A DNA stretch of 64,000 nucleotides, from assembly GCA_964252035.1 (NCBI GenBank), contig OZ176204.1; one strand, given 5' to 3'. This DNA comes from Podarcis erhardii. Its lineage: Eukaryota. Positions 35,896 through 48,900 of the stretch are shown here, piece by piece (the stretch's first letter is position 1; each line of letters starts with the position of its first letter). The translations under genes were made by a program, and so were the position numbers. The notes beneath the pieces are model-generated. The model saw only the letters and a list, made by a program, of their open reading frames with translations, was not told the DNA's origin and made no database searches.

Positions 35896-35935
35896 GGTAT
35901 CTGAAGAAGTGTGCATGCACACGAAAGCTCATACC
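35896..35935 (+). ncRNA. Minimal type I hammerhead motif, plus-strand copy
   Basis: ggtat ctgaaga a gtgtgcatgcacac gaa agct c atacc. Confidence 0.65.
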
Positions 35936-36229
35936 TAGAACTAACTCAGTTGGTCTTTAAGGTGCTACTGGAAGGAATTTTTTTATTTTGTTTTGACCAT
36001 GGCAGACCAACACGGCTACCTATCTGTAATCAAAACTGCTCTTAAGCAGTAGCCAGCGTTAAGTTTAAGAAAACCATTTTATGTATTTTATTACAATAGG
36101 AATCAAAATTCAGTTTTAAGACCAAGTACTGCTGTATTGATGTCGTTGTTATATATTTATTTGTACCCCGCCTTTTCCCGTAACTGGAACTCAAGGCGGC
36201 TTACAGGTAAAAACCCACCTTGAGTACTG

Positions 36230-36960
36230 GCTCACCGTTGCGAGAGAGAGAAAAAACTCAGTTTCCCAGAGTACATAGGGGTTGTATGTGAACGAGGCAG
36301 ATGCCCTAGAAGCGTGCGCGCCAATAGGGCTTTGCGCACGCGCCTTGAAGCTGTAGTCACGTTTAGGGAAGGATCATAGAGATAGGAAAGAAAGGACAGG
36401 AATAGTTCCTTTGGGTGGGAACTGCGTTCGCCCTCGCCGCCCCCCAGGCACTTCCTCGGTTGCTCCTTGTCGGTCGAAGCGGCCCGTGCATTTGTTTCCC
36501 TCAAAGGCGCGGCGATGAGCGAAGAGGTGGAGGCGGCCGGTGAGGGGCTGGGCGAGGGAGAGCAGCAGGACGTCGACGATGAAGAAGCGATAGCGGGTCT
36601 GGAAGCCCCGGGCTGCTCCGGGGAAAACTCCCGCTTCGAAGCGGGAAGCCGCTCAGAGTCCAGCAACGAAGAGATGGAGGAGGATGAGGAAGAGGAAGAA
36701 GAGGTGGAGGAAGAAGCAGCAGCAGCAGCTCTAGGAGGGGGGTCCACGGACCCCTTCGGGGGTTTGGGGATGGAGGAAGGCGAAGATGAGGATGAGGTAA
36801 AACAAGAGGCAGTGCGCTTAAGGGGGAGCACAGGGGCACCCTTGGGTGAAGCAGACACCATGGGGTGAGATTCCGTCGGACTAAGATGGAGAAGAAGCAG
36901 GTTCAAATCCTCCCTCCGCTGGCCTGGGATCGATCCCCATCTATCAGCCTAGCCTACCTC
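36230..36960 (+). promoter_or_regulatory. PCGF6 CpG island and promoter
   Basis: CpG-rich; CCAAT near 36321, NRF1-like GCGCACGCGC near 36333, ETS-like CACTTCCTC near 36449. Confidence 0.65.
36515..36796 (+). CDS. PCGF6: PCGF6 exon 1
   Basis: 282 nt, [10 protein letters not shown]...APGCSG...EEEEEE...GEDEDE; donor gtaaaa; start codon less certain. Confidence 0.82.
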
Positions 36961-39900
36961 ACAGGCTTGTTGTGAAGGTGGAAGTGGGAGGAGGCAACAC
37001 ATATACTTTTTCCTGGAACTCACTGATGAAAGGATGGGGATATAAATATGTAAACAGCACTTCTTATGATGCCCTGTGCCAAATATAGCCAGTGTGGTGC
37101 AGTGGCTAGAGAGCTGGGTAGGGATTTCAGATTCAGATCCTTGCTCAGCTTTGACTTTCCTTGGATACCTCTTGGGCTTCTTTCTCTTACCTAATCTTCT
37201 CCTGTGAGTTCCTTGGGAACGGTGGGATCAGGAACATAGGAAGCTTGCTTATACCAAGTCAGACCATTGGTACATTTAGCTCAATATTGTGCACACTGAC
37301 GGGCAGCCACTCTTCAGAGTTTTGAGCAATGGTCTCCCAAAGCCCTACCTAGAGATGTCGAGGATTGAACTGTGATTTTCTGCATGCAAAGCAGATGACC
37401 TACCACAGAGTTTATGGCCCTTTCCTATATACGTTTTGCTTGCTCTGTGTTTTCTCACAATGTGACATCTTTTGTGTGTCCCCAGTGAAATATTCCTCAC
37501 CATCTCCCATGGCTAGAGACAGTAATGTTTCTGAATACCAGTTGCTGGAAACTGCAGGAAGGGAGAATGTTCTGATGCTCAGGTTCTGCTTGCAGGTTTC
37601 CCATGAGCATCTGGTTGGCCACTGTGATAACAGGATACTGGACAAGATGAGCCATTGGCCATTGGCCTGCTCCAGGAAGCTCTTCTTATGCTCTTAATTT
37701 TATTTATTCTATATGTTTACATATGCTTTCACTTAAATGGTTCCCAAAGCAGTTCACAACAAAATTAAAAAGACCGTGTTCAGGAAAATCCCCACTTCAC
37801 TTCTAATGCTGTGCTTTAATCAAACAATAAACAATATACATCTTTGTATTGCTAACAAGCAAAACTTTTAAAATTGCTATTTCCCTCCTTTTTTCATGTT
37901 TGCAGCGCATGATTAACCTCTCTGAGCTGACGCCATATATAATGTGTTCTATCTGCAAAGGGTACTTCATAGATGCCACAACCATCACAGAATGTCTTCA
38001 TACATGTACGTACTAATATTAATTTCTTACTCAACAGAAGCTTTGATGTTATCTATGCAGAAATATCAAGCCTAAGTACATTTTGGTGATAATGTAAAAC
38101 AATGTTGTATTAATTGTGGTAACTGCATAGTGGTGGATGCCTCTAAGAGGGGCCCTGGAAATTCTAAACAATCCAGCTACAGTATGTCTTGGATTATACT
38201 ACCCCCACCCCAAAATTCTCCATGATCATGTTCTGAAATAAATTAAAATAAATCATTCCTTTATTTGCCTTTCATATTCAGCTTCCTAAATAGATCTTAG
38301 CACATTTTCTTCGACTTAAATAGCTACCCTGACTTCAGCTTCTGCTGCTCCTTAACCTGAATGTCATGGCTAGGCTGTAGATGACCATATGCAGATGCAG
38401 ATCTGGAGTGGGTTCTGTAATCCAAAATCCCTGGAGTCATTGGGTGACAGCTGAAGCCTGAGGTACCGCACACAGATGTTACTGCTGTGCAGACCAAGAA
38501 ATACTAGTTTTCCTTGTATTTATTCCATACTTGTCCAGCCCAGAGTCTTCATATAGCCTGCTGGTTAGGAACCTAGGAAGTTGCCTTTAATCGGGGCAGA
38601 GTATTTGTTTATCTACTCTGCCTGACAGCAGCTTTCTAAGTTCTGGTAGAGGTGTTTCACATGCTCTGGTATTTGATCCTAAACACACACACAATATAGA
38701 TGCAAAAGACTGAACCCAGGGCTTTCTGCATGAAAGCACATGTTCTACCTCAAAGTAGCTTGCTTTAGGTGCAGCTGCTGCACCTGGCTCCTCCCTTTCG
38801 GTTCTTGGACTGTGAGATGATATGCATTTTGACAGTGAAAGGAATAAGGAGTGCCCAGCCAGGCAACAGACCATTCTGTTTGCAGCAGCTGGGAAAGTAA
38901 GAGGGATAAAAGACAGTGGGAAGAGTTGCAGTAATTTGAGGGGGAGGGTTATATACCACCTCAGAGTAGCATTGGGAGTTGGAGCAGCTAGAACAAGCAT
39001 AGGCAAATTCAGCCCTCCAGATGTTTTGGGACTACAACTCTCATCATCCCTAGCTAACAGGATCAGTGGTCAGGGATGATGGGAATTGTAGTCCCAAAAC
39101 ATCTGGAGGGCCGAGTTTGCCTATGCCTGACCTAGAATCAACCTTAATAAAAATTGTATTATTTTATGTAAACATGTTGTGGATCCTTCAGTATGAAAAG
39201 GGAGAGATTGATATCAAGTAAATACATATTGCATACCACTATTCAAGACTTATTCTTAATAACGTTTTTCAGTAAGATTTTAGTAAGCCTTTGAAATTTT
39301 GTATCGAAAAGTAGGGCAGAAATCGATTGAAAAAGTTTTTATCCTCCACACGCACACATTTTATTTCTACAGTTTCTCTGCATTTTAGGTGACACATGCT
39401 ATATATTCTGTGTTATCTTTGGAACTTGTGTACTACTACATTATAGGCCTGTAACTGCAAAATTTATCTTCTACAGTCTGTAAAAGCTGCATAGTAAGAC
39501 ATTTTTACTACAGTAACAGATGCCCAAAATGCAACATTGTAGTACATCAGACGCAACCCCTTTATAATATCAGGTAATATATTTTAATTATAATTGTTTA
39601 TCTATATTTTGTGTGTGTGTATGTAAAAGAAGCAATGGTTTTCAGATAACACTGATATTTCTATTTTGGACTAAAATATATTATTGGAACTTGAAAAATA
39701 CTTCTAACTTGCTATATGCACTGGAGGGAAGCGTTGCTGTCTCATAAAAGGTCTAGCACCTCACACAATTCTTAATTCCCTTTTTTGTTTACCAACAAAA
39801 GTTTTCCATATCCTAAAGATTTGCCTCCCTGGTCTTGAAACTTTCCCACACAAGGGTTGTTTGAGACTTCTTATTTCCTCTGGTGCGCCAGTGCATTGCT

Positions 39901-42900
39901 TCAAAGATGGTTGTAAAGTTGCTTTTGTAACTGAGATATTTTGGCTTGAACCTCAAATCTTTACCAAGATAGGGAAACCTGCAAATCTAGGTATGCCATT
40001 GAAAATAGCTTCTAGTTCCTCTCCTGCGGCTCTTCAACAGTTCACTACCACAACCCATATTCAATCACTAATTTAATTAATCTTTTTATTCTACTTCCGC
40101 AGGCTGGATCGACAGTTGCAAGACATAGTGTATAAATTAGTTGTCAGCTTGGAAGAAAGTAAGTCTTTTATTTTGAGCCTAGTGCTATTTATAAAAATTA
40201 AAGATAAGATTCACCAGAGAATGTGTTAGCTGCAAATTAGATAATTCCTAAATTGCCTTGGTTCTTGATATAAGGGCTGTGTCTGTTTTCTGTGACTGCA
40301 GAAGCATGAACCCCATCATGTAGTTTGTCACACAACCATCTGAGATCCTCAGCTTTCATTTTATAAGGTTGGTAGGCATTTTGGTTGTAGAGAAGAGCTT
40401 TAAATATTGTGACAAAGGAGTCTGATTCTAGAGCCTAGGGCTTGCCGATCAGAAGGTCGGCGGTTCGAATCCCTACGACGGGGTGAGCTCCTGTTGCTCG
40501 GTCCCTGCTCCTGCCAACCTAGCAGTTCGAAAGCATGTCAAAGTTCAAGTAGATAAATAGGCACCTTACCTTCCGGCGGGAAGGTAAACGGCATTTCCGT
40601 GCGCTGCTCTGGTTCGCCAGAAGCGGCTTCATCATGCTGGCCACATGACCCGGAAGCTGTACGCCGGCTCCCTTGGCCAGTAAAGCGAGATGAGCGCCGC
40701 AACCCCAGAGTCGTCCGCGACTGGACCTAACAGTCAGGGGTCCCTTTACCTTTACCTTATATATCTTAACTGCTTCTGTTTTAAGCCTTTTCTCTCTTTT
40801 TGCCGACTTAAGAATCTTTAGATGACACAATACTATAAATGTATGAAAATCCTGCTGAATGATAATGATGGATTCTTTAGTTTGCATGTTTTGTATCTCT
40901 AAACAACTAGTTTGAGAAAATATATCTATACTGGGGTTGGGGGAACCTGTGCTCTCCAGCTGTTGTTGAACTACAACTCCCATCATCCCTGATAGTTCGC
41001 CTTCCTGGCTGGAGCCGGAGGGGGTTGGAGCCCAATAACATACTGAGAGCCACAGATTCTGCACATATCTATGCATTGTATTTTCTATGTGGAGCAAACA
41101 TAGCAAAAATATTTTGTATTCATTTTTTTAGGAGAGAAAAAGCAAATGCATGATTTCTACCGAGAGAGAGGTTTGGAAATACCTAAGCCTGGTAAGTTTT
41201 TATAACAACTATAGTAGCAGCATTGCTATTTAAAAATATGTATGTAAGAATTGTCATGCCGCTTTATTCCAGTGGATCAGGTAGCTCAGCTTTCTAACCA
41301 CAGACTATGGTCAGGCTGATGCTAGGGGATGTCCCATGGGTATGATCATGAAACGTGTTCCAAGTAGGATAGTGTAATTGGTACAGTATTTAGAAGGATG
41401 ACAGATGATTGACTGAGCAATTGTCATTGTTCATTGAACCTGATTAAGCTGTTTAATGTTTCCTTTTCCCACCCCACCAGAATGAAAATAATAGTACAGT
41501 AACTTATCTGCCCCACAAGAGTATTATTAAGCTTAATTAACTAGCTTAAAGATTCTCTTATTAATGTGCTATAAGATAGCAGGGCAGTTTAGAGTTGTGA
41601 TATTCACAAATGAATTATGTAGTTGGCATTTTTTGCTAAGAAGAATTGTGTAGTGATTTTGTTCATGTCTGTGAAAGATAGCTAGGGTTTTTAAGGCTCA
41701 AAATAGAGTGAAGAGTAGAGAAGGGATTACTAGAGTGAAGAGTAGAGAAGGGATTACTAGATGCACAGCACAATATATATGATTAGATCTGACCATCATA
41801 GCAAATGTGACCACTTTCTTGTCTGCGGCACCCTTTGGGAATTTGGGATATCCATTGCTTATGAACTCTTCCTGTGCATTTATGACAACATCAAGGCCTG
41901 TCCAAATTCATCTAATATAGGAGAATACTTGCATCCACCGATAACTTTGGCTTACTAGCCAGTTACTAAGTTAACAGTGATTCTTGTTAAAATGGCAGAG
42001 AACTGTGCTCATGCTGTATCATAGAATCAGAATTGTAGAGTTGGAAGGGAACCTTGAGAGTCTAGTCCAACTCCCTGTAATACAGGAATCTCAACTAAAG
42101 TATCCATGACAGGTGGATGGCCAGCCAACCTCTGTTTAAAAACCTCCAAGGAAGGAGAGTTCCAAGAAAGACTGTTCCACTGTCGAACAGGTCTTACTGG
42201 CAGAAAGTTCTTCCTGATGTTTAGTCAGAATCTCCTTTCTTGTAACTTTAATCCATTGGTTCAGGTCCTAGCCTCCAGAGCAGAAGAAAACAAGTTTGCT
42301 CCATCTTCCTTGTGACAACTACTTGCGTTGTGTTAACTATAGGTTCTTGGCTATAGCTTGTGGTTTAGTAAGATAAGATCTAAAACACAAGGCCCAGTTT
42401 GGATGACATGCTAAGCCAAACCTTGGCTTAGCTCAGCATAGCACAGAAGTTAAAAGGATTGGAAAGGAACAAAGTGGTTGCAAGCTCCTTTCTCCAGCAG
42501 CCCTTGTAATCCATGCAAGCATGGTTTGGCTTACCATGTCACGTGAACCAGGCCAGTGGGTTGAAAGAAAATGTGGGTTAAAATTGTAACAAAATGCTAC
42601 ATTAATCACAGAAAAAACAGTGTTGTCACTCTTGAGTTAGTAAAAACATTTAAATAGCCCCGATAGGAATTAGGCAGTGCATTTCTGAACTAAGATACAA
42701 GTCTGTGTAACTTGTTATTTCATCATGTATCTTGTTGTAGGTGGGAAATATATTCTTTGCTTTCTAGTTTTGTTTCTCTTTCTACTATCCTAGCTGTTCC
42801 ACAGCCAATTGCTATAGCCAGGGGGAGGCCCCGTAAAGTTGTAGGCTCGGTTTTCCGTATCCCTCCAGAGCTTGACATGTCACTACTCCTCGAGTTCATC

Positions 42901-45900
42901 GGGTAAGTAAAAGCAGACTTTTAGTAGATCGAGTTTTAACTTACAAGTAGTGTTTTTAAGACATGGACGTAAAAGGATATGTTGGCCTTGGCATTCAGTT
43001 GCAACATTAGCTTTTTTTGTTTCAGTAATTAGATCGAGAGCTAATGGAAGACATTCAGATTAGCAATTCTATTTGTAGAACTCTTGGCTTACAAAAACCA
43101 TCTCTCCTTTCCCCATGGATGTAGATTCATCTTGAATTTCTGCACTGTTCTGAAAGGCTTTCTTATCTCTACAGATTGATTTATTGAATAAAAGTTCAGT
43201 TCTTACAGAAACAGACTGCAATTTTCTATAGTAGGCACATGTAGAACCCTCATTATACCTTTTCTGATGAAGTGTACAGTATGTGTAAAGACAGTTCTAT
43301 TTTATCAAACCATGCCCGACCAAGCGTTCTGTAACTTGGGGTGCCTAACCTTCTTTGCCTGTTTTTAACCACTAGGTGGCAGTGACAACTGGCAAACACT
43401 GAAGTGATTATTGCTAAAAGACAAGCCAATGTGTTTCTGGACATGTGCAGTAATAGTTTTTCTCTAATTTAACATATCCATTTTGCATCCAACAAAGTTG
43501 CCTGGTCAATGGTAGAGGTTGGTTGTAGACTCAAATTTCTTGAGGGTTTCACATTGGATATTGTCGTCTAAAAGAATGGTGATCTGTACTTTCCCCCCTT
43601 TTTAAAATGAAACACTTGTAATGTTATGAACTATTGCAACCTTAGTTTAAGCACTTATCAAAAGAATTTCCAATAAGTCAAAAATCATTTTGAATACTAT
43701 AGGTGGTTCTCTTTAAGCCCCTCCCCCATTTTATTCTTACAACAATCCCCTGAGGTAGGTTAGGCTGAGAGATGGTGACTGGCTCAGGGAGCATCTGTGC
43801 TGATCGTGGGTCTCAATGGGCCTTAATCCAGCATCACCCTGGTTCAGAATTGCTGTTTGTAATGGTGTGTGTGCCAGTTAACAGTACAGTGGTGCCCCGC
43901 AAGACGAACGCCTCGCAAGACGGAAAACCCGCTAGACGAAAGGGTTTTCCGTTTTGGAGGCGCTTCGCAAAACGAATTTCCCTATGGACTTGCTTCGCAA
44001 GACGAAAATGTCTTGCGAGTTCCTGCGGGGTTTTTTCCCTTTCCCCCCCCTTTTCCTAAGCCGTTAAGCCGCTTATCAGCTGATCCGCTGATAAGCCGCT
44101 TAACAGCTGATCGCTAAAAGCCACTAAACCGCTAATAGCGCTAATCCGCTAAGCTGTCAATGGGCTTGCTTCGCAAGACGAAAAAACCGCTATACGAAGA
44201 TCCTCACTGAACGGATTAATTTCGTCTTGCGAGGCACCACTGTACTTTTAATGAGCAACTTTTAATGTTGTGAACTGCCCTGAGATCTACGGATGAAGGG
44301 TTGTTTACAAATGTAATTACCAATAGTTGTTGTCATAGTAGTATATGTATATCTGTTACACGTTTTGTTTTGTATTACATTTTGTCATTTTCTGGGAGCA
44401 ATTTTGTTTATTACCTCTTCCATATCATTCAATTTATATCTTGAAATGGTCCAGTCCTTCCTATGGTAGTAAAAGGGTATCAGACACCCCAATCCTGGGA
44501 ATGAAAAAACTGTGATATCTTCTGTTTTGGAAATAACATGGTTTTTCCATCTGTCTTTGTTAACCTTTTAGACATTCATGAAGATAAAGGGTTGACTTAC
44601 AGTTTTTTGAAAGATAAAATTCTTGTCTGCAAGTGAATTTGTCTCCATGTATCTAAAGGAAAAGCAGTCAGTCCTCTGAAATACAATTTGACAGCTGATT
44701 GTACATATGATTGTTCTGCTCAGCACCCAGTCTTGCACACTTTTAGATTGATGTCTAAAAGTAGACTTAAATTACATGGTTAGTTCTACTAAAGTCAAGC
44801 TCACTGTTTTTCCTAATACAGAATTCTTCAATATAAAGGTAATACAGTGGCTGTAATTCTATTTGTTTCTGTGTCAGTATAAAGAAAGCAGTTTGTCATT
44901 GAAGCTTTTAAAATTATGCATGTATATTTTAAATACACTGGCCTAGTTCAATAGTTTCCAGTTGCTCCTGAACCAGGAAGCTTGTGCCTACCTGGATCAA
45001 AGCAAGCCAGGATATTAAACTGCATATTTGTGCCTATGAAGCCTATATATGTTTGTCTGAACTGGGCCATTGTCTTCTCCTGAGACCAATTCTCAAAGTG
45101 CGCTGATCTAAACATATATGAAATATGTGGTGAAATAATCTCAAACTTGAGGAATGGTGTTATCAGTATTCTAATTACACCAATATGCGTTCTCAGCAGA
45201 GCAGCAATAGCAAGTGTAAAGCAGTATCTAAATGCTGAACCAGACTGAATGAGGACTAACTATGGAGTGCAGATGGAATTGAAATGGTGGTGATTAACAA
45301 CTTGCCTGACTTAAATGAGGTGACCTTGGCTCTTCCTGGTAGGGTCATCCACACTCTCTAAGGAGGTCTGTTAATTAGGGTTGTTCCTGAATCCAGTTTA
45401 AGGAACTTCTGTGATGATAGTTTTTTCTTATGGATTGCATCTGATTCAGAAAATGTTTCCCCTTCCTTGAAGATAGGAAACTTACCCCTGTGGTGCATGC
45501 CTTAGGAACTACTTGAATCAACTACTGCAGTTTTTCCTTTCACTACTTTTGAAGCCTGTCTAATTGCTACAACTTGTGGTGAGTGCTGCTGCCTGCTTTT
45601 AACAGGAGATTATGATAATGATGATAACTGGTAATGTTCTAAGCTTCCAAGCATAATCCAAGGACCTGAAGAGCATATAAATTACACACACGTGTATCAC
45701 AGAAAAACTCTGTAACTAATGGCATTGTATTGATTTAGCAGTTTGAGCCTGCAAATCCAGATGTAGCTCAGACATATTTATTATGTCAATTCTCTTTTTC
45801 TTTCAGAGCTAATGATCTGTCTGGGAAATTTAAGGTACAAATACTGCTTAAATTTATCTTCCTTTGCTTCATTGTTACGACATGCATAAGTAAAACTAAA

Positions 45901-48900
45901 TGTTGCATTGAGAAAGCCAATGATTCTGTCCGGGAGTATATACTGCTTTTTTGCAAATCTGTAATTTATAAAGATAAAGGAATGTTGCAAAGGCAGGGAT
46001 GTAATATTTTAGTTTGAGGGACCAGGCGCACTGGACATTATGACTGCCTCTGAAGCATGGTCGCCAGCCTGTAGCCTTTTAGATGCTCCAGTCAAACAAC
46101 ATCTGAAGAGTTACTGGTCAGTTGCTCCTGTTTCAAAGAGTGAACAGCTAGACTGTATTCTATAGAAATGGGCTAGTGATTAAACAATGCCCAGAACATC
46201 ATGTTTTTAATTATGTCTGTGAGCTATCTGTGAAGGGTAGAAATTTGTAAAGAAATAAATAAAAATGGTACATATATGTATTTGAGAGCCAATGTGGTGT
46301 AGTGATTACCACCTCAGACTGAGACAATCCAGCTTCTAATTACCACTCAGCCATGAAGCTCACTGGGACCCTTGAACCTATTGCTAGCTCTCAGCCTAGC
46401 CCAACTCACAGCATTGTGGTGAGGATAACATGGAACAGGGAGAACCATCTATGCCTCCTTTAGCTTATGGGAAGAAGAACTAAATACACAAGATACATGC
46501 GCAGTGAGATTGTGGGTGGAAGAGGAAAAATAGTGGAACTGTGGGTTGCAGCTGAACAACATCGTCCTACTGCTGAAAAAAGCTGTTTAAAGGGGAAATT
46601 TGTGAAAATGACTTACTGGTTTCATCTAACAACAACAACAACAACAACAACAACGATAAAGTCCTTGTTAAAGAACCTGATTAGAATTGCCCCCTTCATT
46701 ACTGAACAGCCTTACAGTATGAAATCTGTTTCCTCCTTCCAGCCACTGGAAAAGAAGTTTGTACGGGTTTCAGGAGAGGCAACAATTGGACATGTGGAGA
46801 AATTTCTCAGAAGAAAGATGGACCTTGATCCTGGCTGCCAGGTATGCTGTGCTAATTGTTTGCACCATATCGTTGGCTATGACACTCCTCTACTCTCTTG
46901 CTCACACTGAAAGTCTGCTTCCTAGCAGCAAGAATGCAAGTGAGGTTTTTACCGTTCTCCATGCAGTGCATTTCACAAGGCATTATGTAACTTGGAAAAG
47001 CCACACTTGTTGCATCAAAGAATTTATGTAACACACACTGAGGCAATAGCAAGCAAGCACAGAAGAAGAAACCAAAGAAGAAAAGTCAAATGTAAGAGGG
47101 CAAGCCAATGTGTTGTATTATAAGAGCTTTAAAGTTATTTCCACTCCACCACATAGATTTTTAAATAGCACTTTGCCGTATTTCTCTCTGTGATGTTTTG
47201 AGGGGCAAAACAGAGTTTTCAGTGAAATGTTCGACAACATATCTTTTTGTTTACCTTTTACATGTGCTGTTTGCTGTCTCTGGTTTGCAGCTTTAGCACC
47301 ATTTTTAAAAACAAAATAGCTTCCTTCTATGGCAGTCTCATTTCAGGATCACATAGGCAACATGAAGGTGTCATGTTACCATGTAGCCACTCAGATTTGG
47401 CCCTTCTCCCCTTCAGCATCCCTCCCTCTAACATCCTGGTGGCAACAGCTATGCACTTGTGTACCTTGAAAATCCTGCCTCCGTCTCAGTCCAGGGAACC
47501 TGAATGAGTAGTGAGATGGGACCACTGTCCCGAGCCCATCAAGCATATCGACCATCTCCCCACCTTATAGTGTCATTCCAAAATGGAGGCGATTCTGAAG
47601 AAGAAGTACACATGTTTAGGGTTTCCAACAAGTCAGCCCACCAGGACTCTTGGGCCATTGCTTGAAATGTAGCTGAATATCAGCTGCAGTGTCCATGATG
47701 GCACTCTGTTCCATGGTAGGAACAAAGGATACAGCAGCCATGCCTGGAGCAAATAGGTTGATATTCTTACAGAGGAACAGCTAGGAGCAGCCTCACCACT
47801 GCTGTTGCTAATGAGGTGGAACTCTTTCTGTACAACCCCAGGCCTGCACCTTGTCTGTCTGAGTTATGGTCTCCCTGTCCAGGATTTATATACTGGTAGT
47901 TCTATGCTGTGATTGATCACACAATACCTTACGCTCTGTTGTGGTCTGGAAGGTCAATAGGATAGAAATTCTGTGTCAATAGCTCTAGGTCTAGTCTAAA
48001 ACTTCACCATAAATGGGGGTGTGGTCATGATATTTTAAGATTATAAGACAATGTAAGTACTAATGTTCTTCTCTTATGCCACTGACGACTCCGTCCATCT
48101 TCACGGGCAGAAAAATTGCACTGGTACATCTGTCATCGTGGTGGTGGCATATTTTTTGTTCTGAGAGTGTAGCATGGCTTCTGCCAAATTGTGCAGCTGT
48201 TCAGCAGGTACGACTTGATATTGAATTTCACATTTTATAAAATACAGGATTTAATGGCAATTATGTGCAAGGTGAAAAGGATTCAAGGATTATGTGTCCT
48301 TGTAGTTGCATTAATACACGTGATGCATTTGCACATCTAATTAAAAGAAAGGTTTCTGATTCTGCCTTTTAAAAACATTAATCTGCCCAAATGGTCTGAT
48401 GTGTTAAGACTCCAGCGTATGTTTTGTTACTCTCTTGTAATGAAAATGTACACTAAGTGAATTCATTGGGCACATTTGTAAAACCTACAGTACTGATTTT
48501 GTGATATGTTGTGATCTGTTTTCCAAAGATGGGATAGACATATTTTGTTCTCAACTGTGTCTACAAATGCCTTTGATTGTTCAGGTTTATTTGTTTCTGT
48601 TGATATACCTTCTGTTCATTTTTAAAGTGTGCCTAGATTAATTTGCAGATAGAAGATATGACAATGCATATTTATCCCATCCCATGCAAAAAGAGTAACT
48701 GCAAAACTTCCATCTTCTGTCATTGTTACTGGAACATGCAACACTCTGTTTAAAAGCCTTGTATGCCACAGACTTCAGTTGAACATAAAAGTTGATGTTG
48801 CACTTGTTTCCTAGATATATTACTTGGAAGTAGGCCCCTAAGGATTCCCAGCTTAATTGTGGTTGAGTCCAGAGGAGTTCTTTGCTAGGACACGGCACTA

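Larger units (their letters stand above)
35551..36026. mobile_element. Penelope-like (PLE) pLTR-derived insertion with an inverted 5' segment
   Basis: 99-bp inverted arms 35551-35649 and 35897-35995 (1 mismatch); tail gaccaacacggctaccta; direct repeat taatcaaaact at 35547 and 36027. Confidence 0.75.

Noticed and set aside
36232-36906. 224-aa and 112-aa minus-strand ORFs
   Set aside because: Ser/Pro-rich antisense shadows of the Glu-rich PCGF6 exon 1.
43772-44117. Small ORFs over the MITEs (also 49968-50174)
   Set aside because: No DDE or HTH motifs; incidental frames in non-autonomous elements.
46842-46910. Cys/His-rich read-through after PCGF6 exon 8 as an alternative C-terminus
   Set aside because: A short intron frame after a normal donor; downstream exons 9-10 are intact.
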